Positions 10,601 to 20,677 of a DNA stretch of 64,000 nucleotides are shown in pieces (position 1 is the stretch's first letter; each line of letters opens with the position of its first letter). Source of the stretch: an uncultured Planctomycetales bacterium (GTDB lineage: Bacteria > Planctomycetota > Planctomycetia > Pirellulales > Pirellulaceae); the NCBI GenBank assembly GCA_963826795.1, contig CAWGYT010000010.1, positions 14,373 to 78,372 of the forward strand, read 5' to 3'. Made by a program: the position numbers and the translations under genes. The notes under the pieces were generated by a model. It was not told where the DNA came from and did not search any database. It saw only the letters and a list, made by a program, of their open reading frames with translations.

Positions 10601-11890
10601 GCGACCCGTTGCGCTCCGCTGGCTGGAGTCGCGGATTTCGTAGGTGAACACGTCGACACCGGCTCTACCCGCATGCGGTGTATAGGTGAACGAGCCGTCC
10701 GGCCGCAAGTTCAGTGACCCGTGTTGCGGCGGGTCGCGCAGGATTAACGTCAATGGGTCGCCATCGACGTCCCGATCGTTCGCCAGCACTCCGGCCGCGG
10801 CGGAGACCGTCAGAGCCTTACCCCGCTCCGTGACATAGCCGCGATCGTCGACCGCCTGCGGCGCGTCGGGCAGCGGGCGAACTGTCAGCGTGACCGTAAC
10901 CGGTGGCGACTGCAGCGCGCCGTCGCTGACGCGGTACGTAAACGAATCGGTCCCAGAGAAGTCGGCCTGGGGAACATAAGTGAACTTACCGTCTGGGAAG
11001 AAATTGATCGCGCCGTGTGCCGTGGAGTTCACCAGCAGCGCGGTCAAAACATCGCCGTCGGCATCGGTGTCGTTACGCAAGACGCCCGTGCCCAATTCAG
11101 CTCGCCCACTTATCGTGTCTTGTATCGCTTTCCGGTGCGACGCGACCTCGATGGCCGTAAATGCATGATCGTAAATCACGACTTCGTCCAACAGACCGAC
11201 CATCAGTTCGACAGCCGCATGCGAGTACGAATCGGCATGGCCCACGCCAATCGCATAGCGCGGCAGGTCAATCACGTGATCCACATGCGAAGCGTGGACG
11301 CCATCCAAATACAGGTCGATTCCCGCCGACGTCCCGACCATCACCACATACGTTAACCCGGCAGACGGCCGAACTCCAAAGCTGTAATCTGTCTCGGGGT
11401 TACCAAACTGTGTGATCCCCCACGATTCCTGGTTGACGAGCATCTCGGGGCGAATTGACACCGCGCCGCGCTGCGTGCCGTCGGACGAAGTGCCGATCAG
11501 GCCCTGAACATCTGTCGATTGCAGCTCAATTCCCACCACCGATTCCAGCGTCCAATCACCAGGCAGTCCCGGCAACTCGAGACGCACGTACCCTTGGCCC
11601 TCGAGGCGGGCCGCGCGACCGACGAGCCCCTGCTGCCCGAAATCCATCAATCCTACGATCAGGCCGTCGCGCGGGGTTGAGCCGTAATCGCGAGTCGTCG
11701 TCGGTTGCGGACCTTCCTCAAAACGCCACCAATGCAGCGGCCCGGCTGCCTGGACGGCCTCCGTCCAAGCATTCAATTGATCGTTGCCAAGCGCTGAGTC
11801 TTCGTCCAGAGTGAACGAGTCTTCAATGGCGACGGGCGCTGCCAACACGCGGCGCACTTCGAGCGACTCAAAAATCGACGACCGTTTCAC
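7655..11890 (-). pseudogene. giant secreted adhesin-like protein (LamG/ConA-like, beta-propeller-like, cadherin/VCBS-like Ig repeats, conserved C-terminal module, dockerin-like pair); split into four ORFs by frame changes
   Basis: ORFs 10310..11890, 9094..10320, 8346..9209 and 7655..8305 are collinear and paralogous to the intact 1430-aa gene at 20678..24970. The N-terminus carries the FESLEVRRVLAA motif. The C-terminus carries DANGDGAFDSADL...GDWNADGDFDSHDL. Each junction is a short overlap in a different frame. Confidence 0.6.
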
Positions 11891-12735
11891 GATAGCACCT
11901 CAGCCTTACAGTCTAGGCAGGTCGAGTGTCTGGAGCAAGCCGTCGAGCGGGGTGAGCCCGCGGTCCGGGCGACGTCCGCGTCCCATCGCCGCAAGATTTC
12001 GTGACCACGCTCGGCCGGCCGGTAGCGCATGCCGCCCTGATGGCCGAGCCGTCGAACACATATTGAGCGTGAACGGTAAGAAAACCGAACAGAAGTCTAT
12101 CGATTTGTACGCTCGCCACTAACCTGCCCCAGGACGAACTCCCAGAACTCAACGTCCTTCTCGCGGGAGACAAAGTCAGTTATCGAGTCTTCCTGGAAAA
12201 TCACTTCAGCTGCTTGAGAAGAGAATGAAGCTTCCAGTCGGCGGCACAAAGATACTAAGGCTGTGAGAAATCGCGGTTGAGCTTATCCCGACGAACATTG
12301 AATTCCAAACACTGATCGTGCTTACAGCATTGACTTTCCATCTGGAGAATTCAAGGTAATGGATGATGCACAGGTTCGGGAACTTCAATACTCCTTGCCG
12401 CAACCAACCGAGAAAGAAAGCAGGCGCGTACCACCTCGGATTGAGATCACTGTAGTGCGGTCAAACGGCGGGTAATCGGGTAAGGGCGGCCATCGCTGAC
12501 CGCCCTCCCCACACCACCTAGCGTGCGGGTCCGCACTAGGCGGTTCGACGAAGCGGAGCAAGTTTGCCCAGAGTGTCTTCATGCTGAGCAGTCCTTGTTG
12601 CTTGCAACCAGGCGTTGTTCAGTCCCACGCCGCTGGCAATCGTTTTCGCCATGTGCCCGTAGCCTTTTGGGGCTGCGAGCATGACGGATCGCTTGCCGAC
12701 GTGGAACGCCAACACGACGACCTGCTTGATGGCTG

Positions 12736-13173
12736 CTACTCCTCCAGCAACACCTCCACCCCCGAAACGACAGCGGCACCTGTCGAGGGCTCAAACGCGA
12801 TGTCGATCGCCTCCGTGGCCAGGATGCCGCGGAACTCTTTGACCACGGATCGCCTGGCGGCACCCGCCTCCTGAGCAACGTCGAGGTCCTCGACGACAAG
12901 CTGGCCCTGGACGCGAACATCGAACACGCGCACCCCCGGCGCGGCGCTGCCCGGCTCGCAGAAATACAGACGCACGGTGTAGCGACGCTCGGGAATCTCT
13001 TGCGGGTCACCGGCTCCCGCGTCGACCGGGATCCGGATCGATGCCACGCCTTCCACGCCCGAGGCCGCGACCCAGTTCAGACCTGCGCCCGAGACGGTCA
13101 ACGGATGGAAACGGAAGTATTTCAGCTGCTCACCGGTCACCACGACGTTGACCTTCGGCGACGGCCCGCCCAC
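12736..13173 (-). CDS. malectin-like carbohydrate-binding domain fragment (orphan)
   Basis: RRYTVRLYFCEPGSAAPGVRVFDVRVQGQLVVEDLDVAQEAG...IDIAFEPSTGAAVVSGVEVL fits the malectin pattern. There is no signal peptide and nothing upstream in frame. It abuts an oppositely oriented dockerin/PEP-CTERM fragment. Confidence 0.35.
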   Translation of the reverse strand: MGGPSPKVNVVVTGEQLKYFRFHPLTVSGAGLNWVAASGVEGVASIRIPVDAGAGDPQEIPERRYTVRLYFCEPGSAAPGVRVFDVRVQGQLVVEDLDVAQEAGAARRSVVKEFRGILATEAIDIAFEPSTGAAVVSGVEVLLEE

Positions 13174-13199
13174 GTTGGGATAGTCCAGCCGCTCATCGC

Positions 13200-13560
13200 C
13201 GTATTGGAGAAAGGTGAGTATGACGACGATGTCGCTGGCAATTCCTCGTGGGTGACGGGTGATTGGGATGGGGACGCTGAGTTCGCCTCATCTGATCTCA
13301 TTGCCGCGCTAACGTCTGGCCATTACGAACACGGATTTCGCCCTGGCGCGACGATTTCGGTCCCTGAGCCCAAATGCGCCGGGTTATCGGGAGCGGCTAC
13401 ATTTCTGCTCATCTCGGGGTTGAGGACACGACGCGTTGCGTCCAAGTCCTGCGCTCGGGGAATGCCCGAGCCGAAATTAAATTGCGATTGTGCTCAAATC
13501 GAATTCACGAATCAAGCCAATCGGGGACGTTCCTTGATCTGCGCCGTAAGGAGAGGCTGA
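13200..13560 (+). other. orphan C-terminal fragment: dockerin-like Ca-binding repeat plus PEP-CTERM-like sorting signal
   Basis: EKGEYDDDVAGNSSWVTGDWDGDAEFASSDLIAALTSGHYE followed by SVPEPKCAGLSGAATFLLISGLRTRRV. There is no upstream coding continuation on this strand. Confidence 0.35.
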
Positions 13561-14162
13561 GATGTATTGTCGACCAGTACGTGGGTGGATCCCGGAACGG
13601 GGCGGGTCACCATCGGCCCTCGGCGAGCGACGTAGCGGGCTCTCCGAAAGCCCTGCCTGCGACCTGTGGATTTTCCTTGAAACTCCCGCCGGTCTCTACA
13701 GCCTCCCGCGAAATAAAGAAATGTCCCCGAACGATCGAACGATTCGGACGATTTGCCTCAGCAGCGGCAATCACCCTGGCCACGAAGGCGTCGCGAGTAA
13801 TCGTTCGAGTCAAGCCCAATACCTTCCTCGGGATTCTCGACCGACAGGAAGTGCCGCTGGTGGTCCACGCGACAGGTGGCTTCTTTAACACAACCTAATA
13901 ATGCTAAACGAGTTACATAGGATTAGCGTTCTACACGAAGCCGGCACGTTCCAATGAACCTCCCAAGGAGCACTGAGGTTGTGCTCAGCCAGGAAGATCT
14001 GGATCCCGGCGTAGCTACCGGCAGATTAACAGGCAGCCCCGCGTGACAGTCGTCCAAGCCCAGTTCGCACCGGTCCGTCGCAAACTTGCGACAATCTGCT
14101 CGTGTTGCTGCCAATTTCCGATTTTAATGACGTATTGGTTTCCAGCTCTTGGGCACTGGCTA

Positions 14163-16955
14163 ATGGAAGGGGCGACGGAGGTGAGGCTCAGATTTGGTCG
14201 GCGATCGGGTACATCGAGTCATCGTTGTCAAACAGGACGGCGGGCGCTCGGGTGTACTCTGCGGCTTGAAGCCTTGGAGCTTCGAGCGCTGCTGAATTCC
14301 GCTCCCATCGCCGTTGCGGACGCATATGCTTTGACCGAGGATGACGTTTTGATTGTTGGCCGTCAAAGCGATACCGCCGCAGGACTCATCAACCGATGGC
14401 GCTTCGACGAGACATCCGGCAATCGTGCGGCAGATGACGTTGGCGGCAACGATGGCACGTTGTTCAACTGGGGCGTCACCGAGACGAAATGGGTGGATGG
14501 TCGATTGGGTGGAGCGTTGGATTTCGGCGATCGGAACAACTACATTCGCACCGAGTCCGTCACCGTTCTTGATCATTACACTTTCGCCTTTTGGCTGCGG
14601 CTGGACACGACGCCAGAACTGAATCCACGAATCATTTCACCTGTGGGAGATGAATGGGTCGAGCAAAGTAGCGAATTTGGCCGTGGGATTGGATTCTATT
14701 ACAATCACGGGCAAACCAGCGCTCAGCGCTCGAGCCGCCTGCGATCGGCCAGTGGGAGCACTACGTCGTCAGTTTCGACCAGGAGAATTCATTTGCCCGC
14801 ATTTATCGCGACGGACGTGAGGTCGCCTCGGATAACGTATCAAGAGGCATAGCGAGGGAGGCATGGATCATCGGACACAACCAGGACGCGGGTAACGACC
14901 TAGGCTCGTGGAACGGATTAATCGATGATCTGCGGATCTACGATCGTCCTCTGAATGGCGAAGAGATTACCGCCTTGGCCGCCGGTAGAGAACTTGCGGC
15001 ACATGCAAGTGTCCTTGGCAACGACACCGATGCGGATCAGGACCCTTTGCGGGCCGTCTTGGTATCGGACGTTTCACATGGGATGCTGACGCTGCGGGAC
15101 GATGGTACGTTCGACTACCGCCCTGACGCTGATTTTCACGGTGAGGACAGCTTTCAGTATCGTGCCAGTGACGGTGCGACGGATTCTGATACGGTGTCGG
15201 TCACCTTACTCGTCCAATCGATCAACGACGCGCCCATCGCTTCGCCGGATGCCTACGTCGTACCGCGAGCTGGTTCGCTGATCGTCGCCGTAGGTGACGG
15301 TGTCCTCCAGAATGATCGCGACATTGAGGAAGATCGACTCACGGCCATTCAGGTCAGCTCGCCCGAACATGGAACGGTTACCCTCCGTCCCGATGGTTCC
15401 TTTGATTACCGTTCGGATGCTTCCTTCGTGCTCAGTGATCAGTTTTCTTATCGGGCAACGGATGGCAGCGCTCGATCAGAAATTGTCACGGTTAGGTTAA
15501 CATTCGACGGGCCCACGATCGAGGTGGGAGATCATCCGTTGAAACCCAATCTGGCCGGGCAGAAGTTGATGATCTATGTCACGGGCGGGCAATCCGTATC
15601 CGGTTTGGATCTGTTCGCGCAAATCGGCGACGGCGGACCAGAACTCGTCAATCTAGGACTGCCGCCGGGGACCCGCGGCCCCGTCATTGCGGGAGTGGAT
15701 TTGAAGACCGATACGATCTTTCGTGCGATTCCGGACCAGCCAATCGACCTTGGCTCACTGCCACAAGTTGCAAATTGGTCCGTTTCGCTGAGCGGGGGCG
15801 GCAACGTTTCCGCGGAAGGACTCTTGGCAACAATCACCGTCGATACGACGGGGCTCTTTGAAGGAACGTGGAATCTGAGCCTGACGGACGTGCTGCCTGA
15901 TCATCCGTTTGGCCCCCTGACTTCGACGTTTGCCAACGAATTGGCGCACATCAGCAATGGAACGATTAACATCGTTCCGACGCAGGTCGTTGGGCGTCAC
16001 GTCTTTTACAATCATTCCGCATGGGATGGGAATGACCCGAACAGTGGACCGATGGACGACGCTGCGATTGCCACAGAAAAGTCGCCGCTCATGCCCGGCC
16101 AGACCGCGACGTCGGCGAATTACACCAACTATAGCCGCGGGATCAATGGGATTATCATCGATATCGCGGGTCTGCCCGCCGCGAACACACTGACAGTCGA
16201 TGATTTTCGGTTTCGTGTAGGGCGCTCGAATGATCTTTCGAGCTGGCAGGCCGCGCCAACGCCCCAATTGAGCGTGCGGACGGCAGCCGGCATCAACGGA
16301 TCAGACCGCCTGACCTTGATTTGGCCTGATCATGCGATACAGCAAGAGTGGTTGGAAGTCACCGTATTGGCATCCAGCCATACAGCTCTCGCGAGGAGCG
16401 ACGTTTTCTTTTTTGGCAACGCGATCGGAGAGACAGAGAATACGGCTCGCAATACGCTGGTAACATCCGTCGATGTCATCGCGATACGCGACCATCAGCG
16501 TGGACCGTTTTCGCTCGCTCCCATCGACGACGTATTCGACATCAATCGCGACCGACTTGTGTCCTCCATCGACGTGATCATCGCGCGTGACCATCAGGTC
16601 GGACCTTTGACAGCGCTGCCACTGATTTCCCCAACAATGCGCCGCACCCGCGGCGACACCGGCAGTTTTTCTGCGACCTGGCGATGCCAACGGAGATGGT
16701 GTATTCGATTCGGACGACCTTGTGCAGATTTTTCAATTCGGCGAATTCGAGGATTCCATTTCACACAACTCAACTTGGTCCGAAGGCGACTGGAATCAGG
16801 ACGGGGACTTTGACTCCAGCGACCTCGTCCTCGCTTTCCAATCCGGACACTACGATACCCCGGCGATGCCGCGAGAGAGCCATATCGCCGCTGCCGTCGA
16901 CTGGCTGTTCACCCACGGCAATGAGCCAAGAAGTGGCCGGGCGTTCGTTGCTTAG
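14163..16955 (+). pseudogene. giant adhesin-like paralogue (LamG-like, cadherin-like Ig repeats, conserved C-terminal module, dockerin-like pair); at least two frame changes, near 14720 and 16650
   Basis: The N-terminus carries LRLEALELRALLNS. Re-reading 14715-14975 in the alternative frame restores the LamG sequence (...QWEHYVVSFDQENSFARIYRDGREV...LIDDLRIYDRPLNGEEI). ORF 14975..16813 carries cadherin-like repeats and the shared module. ORF 16722..16955 carries the dockerin pair. Confidence 0.55.
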
Positions 16956-17585
16956 TTGCATGTCATCCCGAAGACTCGTGAGAAGCCTGCCTGAACTCAT
17001 TGTGTGTTGACGTGTCTCGGAGTCTTACCCTACCCCGGCCGCGGCGACGGTTCGTATTGAAGTCGGCGCTTCCGAGCGCCAAGCGGGCGACGGCCGATAC
17101 CCCCCCGAATGTAGTCGATTCGTGGCTAATCGTTCCGATTTAAACACAGCCGGGACTGTTGGCCGGAATCGACGGGAACCGGGCGCCTGGCTGTGGAGGA
17201 GTTTCAGACGGGTGCTGGCCGGTCCATGATGCGCTCAATTCAGTTCAGATTTCATGTGCCAGCGCTTACAATTGGCGACAACGAGATCGGCGACGGTGTT
17301 GGCGTCGGAGGGGGGAACGGGCGATTGGCGCGGCGGCGGTGTTTTTCCGCCGGCTGACATCGTCGCCGTCTTCCCATTCAACCGGGCACCGCGGGTGGCC
17401 CTCGGCACGGTCCGGAACCCAGCGGCTGGGCGGCTGGTGCGTAATCGATCGCCTCGCGGGACCGCGACGCAAAAATTTTGCCACCTTAAAAAAGAGCACC
17501 GAAGATCGTTAAGTCTCGTCGCACATTGGGCTAAAACTCGCCCCTGCGACTCGCGAAACGGCGACCCTCGTGATGGCGATGGCTA

Positions 17586-18245
17586 ATGACCGCGATCAAG
17601 TTTGTAGATCAGTATATGACGCGTGCCGGTCCCACGACTTCACTGACACTGGTCGAGCGGATCCGTCTGGGGGATGGGCACGCGTGGCGTCGATTCGTAG
17701 AGCTTTATTACCCCTTGGTTTACGGATGGTGCCGCCGCTCTGGACTGCAGGAACATGATGCGGCGGACGTCGTCCAGGAAACGTTTCTCGCCGTGACGGT
17801 AGATACTGGCAAGATTTCGCCGGGACCGCCCTCAAGATTCGCTTCGTGGTTGGTTGCGAGGAATCACGCTCCACAAGCTGCAGGATTTCTGGCGAGCACG
17901 ACAAAAGCGCGAGTTGGCGCCGGGAGGGACGGCGGCCTTGGACGCGATCTCGGCCGTGACGCGGGATCCAGAACGGAACCCAGTGAGGCACCTAGGGACG
18001 AGCTGGGGCTACTCGTGCGGCGGGCGCTCGAGTGGGTTCGCGGTGAGGTCCATGAACAAACTTGGCAGGCAGCGTGTTGCGTATTGATTCAGGGAGAATC
18101 TGTGGCCGACGTCGCACGACGACTGCGCGTGACGCCCAATGCGGTCTACAAAGCCAAGACACGCGTGTTGCGGCGACTGCGTGAAACCTTGGCGGAGTGG
18201 GAATTGGTTGGCGGTGACGGTGACCTGACCGTGGAGAACTCCTAA
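17586..18245 (+). CDS. ECF-family RNA polymerase sigma-70 factor; two nearby compensating frame changes, so probably assembly indels
   Basis: Region 2 (YYPLVYGWCRRSGLQEHDAADVVQETFLAV) and region 4 (ESVADVARRLRVTPNAVYKAKTRVLRRLRE) are in the listed frame. The linker ...GITLHKLQDFWRARQKRELAPGG sits in overlapping ORF 17854..18087. Its stop overlaps the start of the downstream kinase (TAATG). Confidence 0.65.
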   Translation: MTAIKFVDQYMTRAGPTTSLTLVERIRLGDGHAWRRFVELYYPLVYGWCRRSGLQEHDAADVVQETFLAVTVDTGKISPGPPSRFASWLVARNHAPQAAGFLASTTKARVGAGRDGGLGRDLGRDAGSRTEPSEAPRDELGLLVRRALEWVRGEVHEQTWQAACCVLIQGESVADVARRLRVTPNAVYKAKTRVLRRLRETLAEWELVGGDGDLTVENS

Positions 18246-20659
18246 TGCGAACCGTCTGCCCTAGTTTGGCAACGTTGCAGGCCTACAGTCTCGGTACACT
18301 GTCTGCTGCGGAGACGGCTGAATTGGACCGGCATTTGGATCAGTGCCAACCATGCGTCACATGGTTGCTCGAGCGTGGCGATTCAGAGGACGCGCTCGTC
18401 GAAGCGATGCGCTCCGCTCCAGATTCCGCGCCATTCGCGGAGGAACTCAGTTGTCGTCAAGGTCTGGCACGCGCGATGGAGCTAGGGGCGTTGTTCGGCC
18501 ATTCTGTCCCAACGACCGGACCGACAGCCACAGCCGAGCCATCGGTTGAGAGCAGCAGGCTGCACGAACTGCGTGATTATGAATTGGGGGAAATGCTTGG
18601 ACGGGGTGGAATGGGCACCGTTTACCGAGCACGCCACCGCAAGCTCGACCGCATCGTGGCCATCAAGTTGATAAATACACACCTGGAAGGTGGGAGCCCG
18701 CGCATTGCCCGCTTCGAACAAGAGATGCGCGCCGCTGGGCAGTTGGATCATCCGAACATCGTGCGCGCAACCGACGCCGGCGAGGTCGACGGAATCCCCT
18801 ATTTGGCTATGGAGTTCGTCGACGGAATGGATCTGGCGCAATGGGTAGAGCGGCACGGGCCCCTTCGATCTGCCAACGCTTGCGAAATCATTGTTCAGGC
18901 GGCGCACGGTCTGCAGCACGCCCATGAGCATGGTCTTGTTCACCGCGATATCAAACCAGCGAATTTGATGCTGACCGTTGATGGCCGAGTGAAAGTGCTC
19001 GACTTGGGAATCGCGCTCCTTCGAGGCCACGAGCTGCGGGAGGCTACGGACGATGCCGTTGGCGGTCGGCCCACGTTGATGGGCACTGTATCTTTTATGG
19101 CCCCTGAGCAGTTCGACGAACTCGCCACGAGCGACATTCGCACCGATATCTACAGTTTGGGAGGCACGCTGTTCTTCTTGTTGACGGGGCAGACTCCCTG
19201 GAACGTCGAGCACAACCAAACCTGGAATACTCGCCCAGTGCCCTGGCCGGAAGCCATCACGAGCCGGCTGCAAGCGGATCAGCGCGACATCCCAGCGGAA
19301 CTGATCAGTGTAATTCTGCGGATGTTGGCTCCAGAACCGAGCGAGCGATTCGCCCGTCCGTGCGACGTGATTGAGGCACTGAGGGCCTTTACACATCACG
19401 CCGATTTGGCCGCCATGATGTGCGACGCAACGTCGAGTCCTGACAAGGTGCACGGCTCAGGGCCAAAGCAGGTCACGCGCCCCGATAAGCAAGTGTCCGG
19501 CGCGGCGACACGCCCCCGCGGGTTCGCGGCACTCTTGATGACGGCGTGCGTCGTGCTGGGGCTCGTCGCGGTTCTGGTCGCGTACGTGGTTCGTTCCCCG
19601 TCGTCCAGCGCCAAGATTGCAGATCGATCTCGCGCGATGGATCCATCAGCCGCTGACACGGACTCGGTTCAATCGGCAATTGTTGAGGAGCGGAATCCGA
19701 CCCGTCAGGCGGATTGGCGGTCCGCAACGGGTCTCCCCATCTTGTCCCTGAGTGTCGCTTCCTCGGGTAATCTGGTGGCAACGGCGGACGAGTCGGGGGT
19801 GATTCAGTTGTGTGATCGCTGGACGGGCGAGCCCCGTCGGGCTTTACGAGGTCATGAAGGACCCGTGTGGGGACTGGCCTTCTCGGATCACGGCGAACGC
19901 CTATTGAGTGGCGGCGATGATCAAACCGTGCGGATTTGGAATGTTGCCACGGGGACGCTGACTCGCCAGCTAACGGGCCATACCGGGCCGGTGCTTGCCG
20001 TGACTTGGTCGCCGGACGAAACGTATGCGGCATCGGCTGGTTGCGACGCGCGTATCATCCTTTGGAATGCGGAAGACGGAACACGCCACCTTCTGGACGG
20101 CTATAGCGATTTGGATGATGTTCCCACCCCCAGACAATTAGAAGACCTCCAAGCACTGCGGGGGCACATCACGTGGATTCGCACCCTGGCGTTCGCCCCG
20201 CGTGGAGATTGCCTCACGTCGGGCGGAAACGAAGCGCTGATTGCCACGTGGGACTTGGCGACGGGTGCGATTATCCAACGATACGTTGGCCACACGGCAC
20301 CCGTGACGATGGTCAAATACACGTCGGATGGCCAGCGGCTGATATCCGCCGGTTACGACGACCGCTTGCGCGTCTGGGACACTCACGACGGACGATTGCT
20401 GGCAACCTTGGAGGGCCACTCAGGGCCGGTGCGCCAGTTCGACGTATCAGCCGATGACCAGTTGCTTGTCTCCGCGAGCGCCGATACGACCGTGCGGCTG
20501 TGGAATCTGGTCGAGGGTCAAGAGCGATGTTGTTTTCGCGGCCACTTACAGTGCGTTAACGCAGTGTGTTTTACACCCGACGGCGACACGATTGTGTCAG
20601 TCTCCGACGACGCGACCGTGCGGATATGGCAAGTTGATCGAACGAACCTTCGCCGATGA
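18245..20659 (+). CDS. serine/threonine protein kinase with N-terminal anti-sigma-like zinc finger, one TM segment and C-terminal WD40 beta-propeller
   Basis: 804 aa. The N-terminus carries HLDQCQPCVTWL. The kinase subdomains are GRGGMGTVYRA, HRDIKPANLM and DLG. TM segment ALLMTACVVLGLVAVLVAYVV. Six or more WD40 repeats (GH...WD motifs) follow. Confidence 0.8.
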   Translation: MRTVCPSLATLQAYSLGTLSAAETAELDRHLDQCQPCVTWLLERGDSEDALVEAMRSAPDSAPFAEELSCRQGLARAMELGALFGHSVPTTGPTATAEPSVESSRLHELRDYELGEMLGRGGMGTVYRARHRKLDRIVAIKLINTHLEGGSPRIARFEQEMRAAGQLDHPNIVRATDAGEVDGIPYLAMEFVDGMDLAQWVERHGPLRSANACEIIVQAAHGLQHAHEHGLVHRDIKPANLMLTVDGRVKVLDLGIALLRGHELREATDDAVGGRPTLMGTVSFMAPEQFDELATSDIRTDIYSLGGTLFFLLTGQTPWNVEHNQTWNTRPVPWPEAITSRLQADQRDIPAELISVILRMLAPEPSERFARPCDVIEALRAFTHHADLAAMMCDATSSPDKVHGSGPKQVTRPDKQVSGAATRPRGFAALLMTACVVLGLVAVLVAYVVRSPSSSAKIADRSRAMDPSAADTDSVQSAIVEERNPTRQADWRSATGLPILSLSVASSGNLVATADESGVIQLCDRWTGEPRRALRGHEGPVWGLAFSDHGERLLSGGDDQTVRIWNVATGTLTRQLTGHTGPVLAVTWSPDETYAASAGCDARIILWNAEDGTRHLLDGYSDLDDVPTPRQLEDLQALRGHITWIRTLAFAPRGDCLTSGGNEALIATWDLATGAIIQRYVGHTAPVTMVKYTSDGQRLISAGYDDRLRVWDTHDGRLLATLEGHSGPVRQFDVSADDQLLVSASADTTVRLWNLVEGQERCCFRGHLQCVNAVCFTPDGDTIVSVSDDATVRIWQVDRTNLRR

Positions 20660-20677
20660 CGACGGGCAGGCAACGGC

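Noticed and set aside
9523-10647. 374-aa plus-strand ORF, together with other long antisense ORFs (18482..19453 -, 21575..22453 -, 31539..32945 +, 35349..36026 +, 35470..36210 -, 36480..37304 -, 43078..44001 +, 45960..46736 +, 62746..63705 -).
   Set aside because: All lie antisense to genes with clear conserved domains. They are Arg/Pro/Gly-rich and low-complexity and have no recognisable domains. Long stop-free antisense frames like these are expected in DNA with 65% GC.
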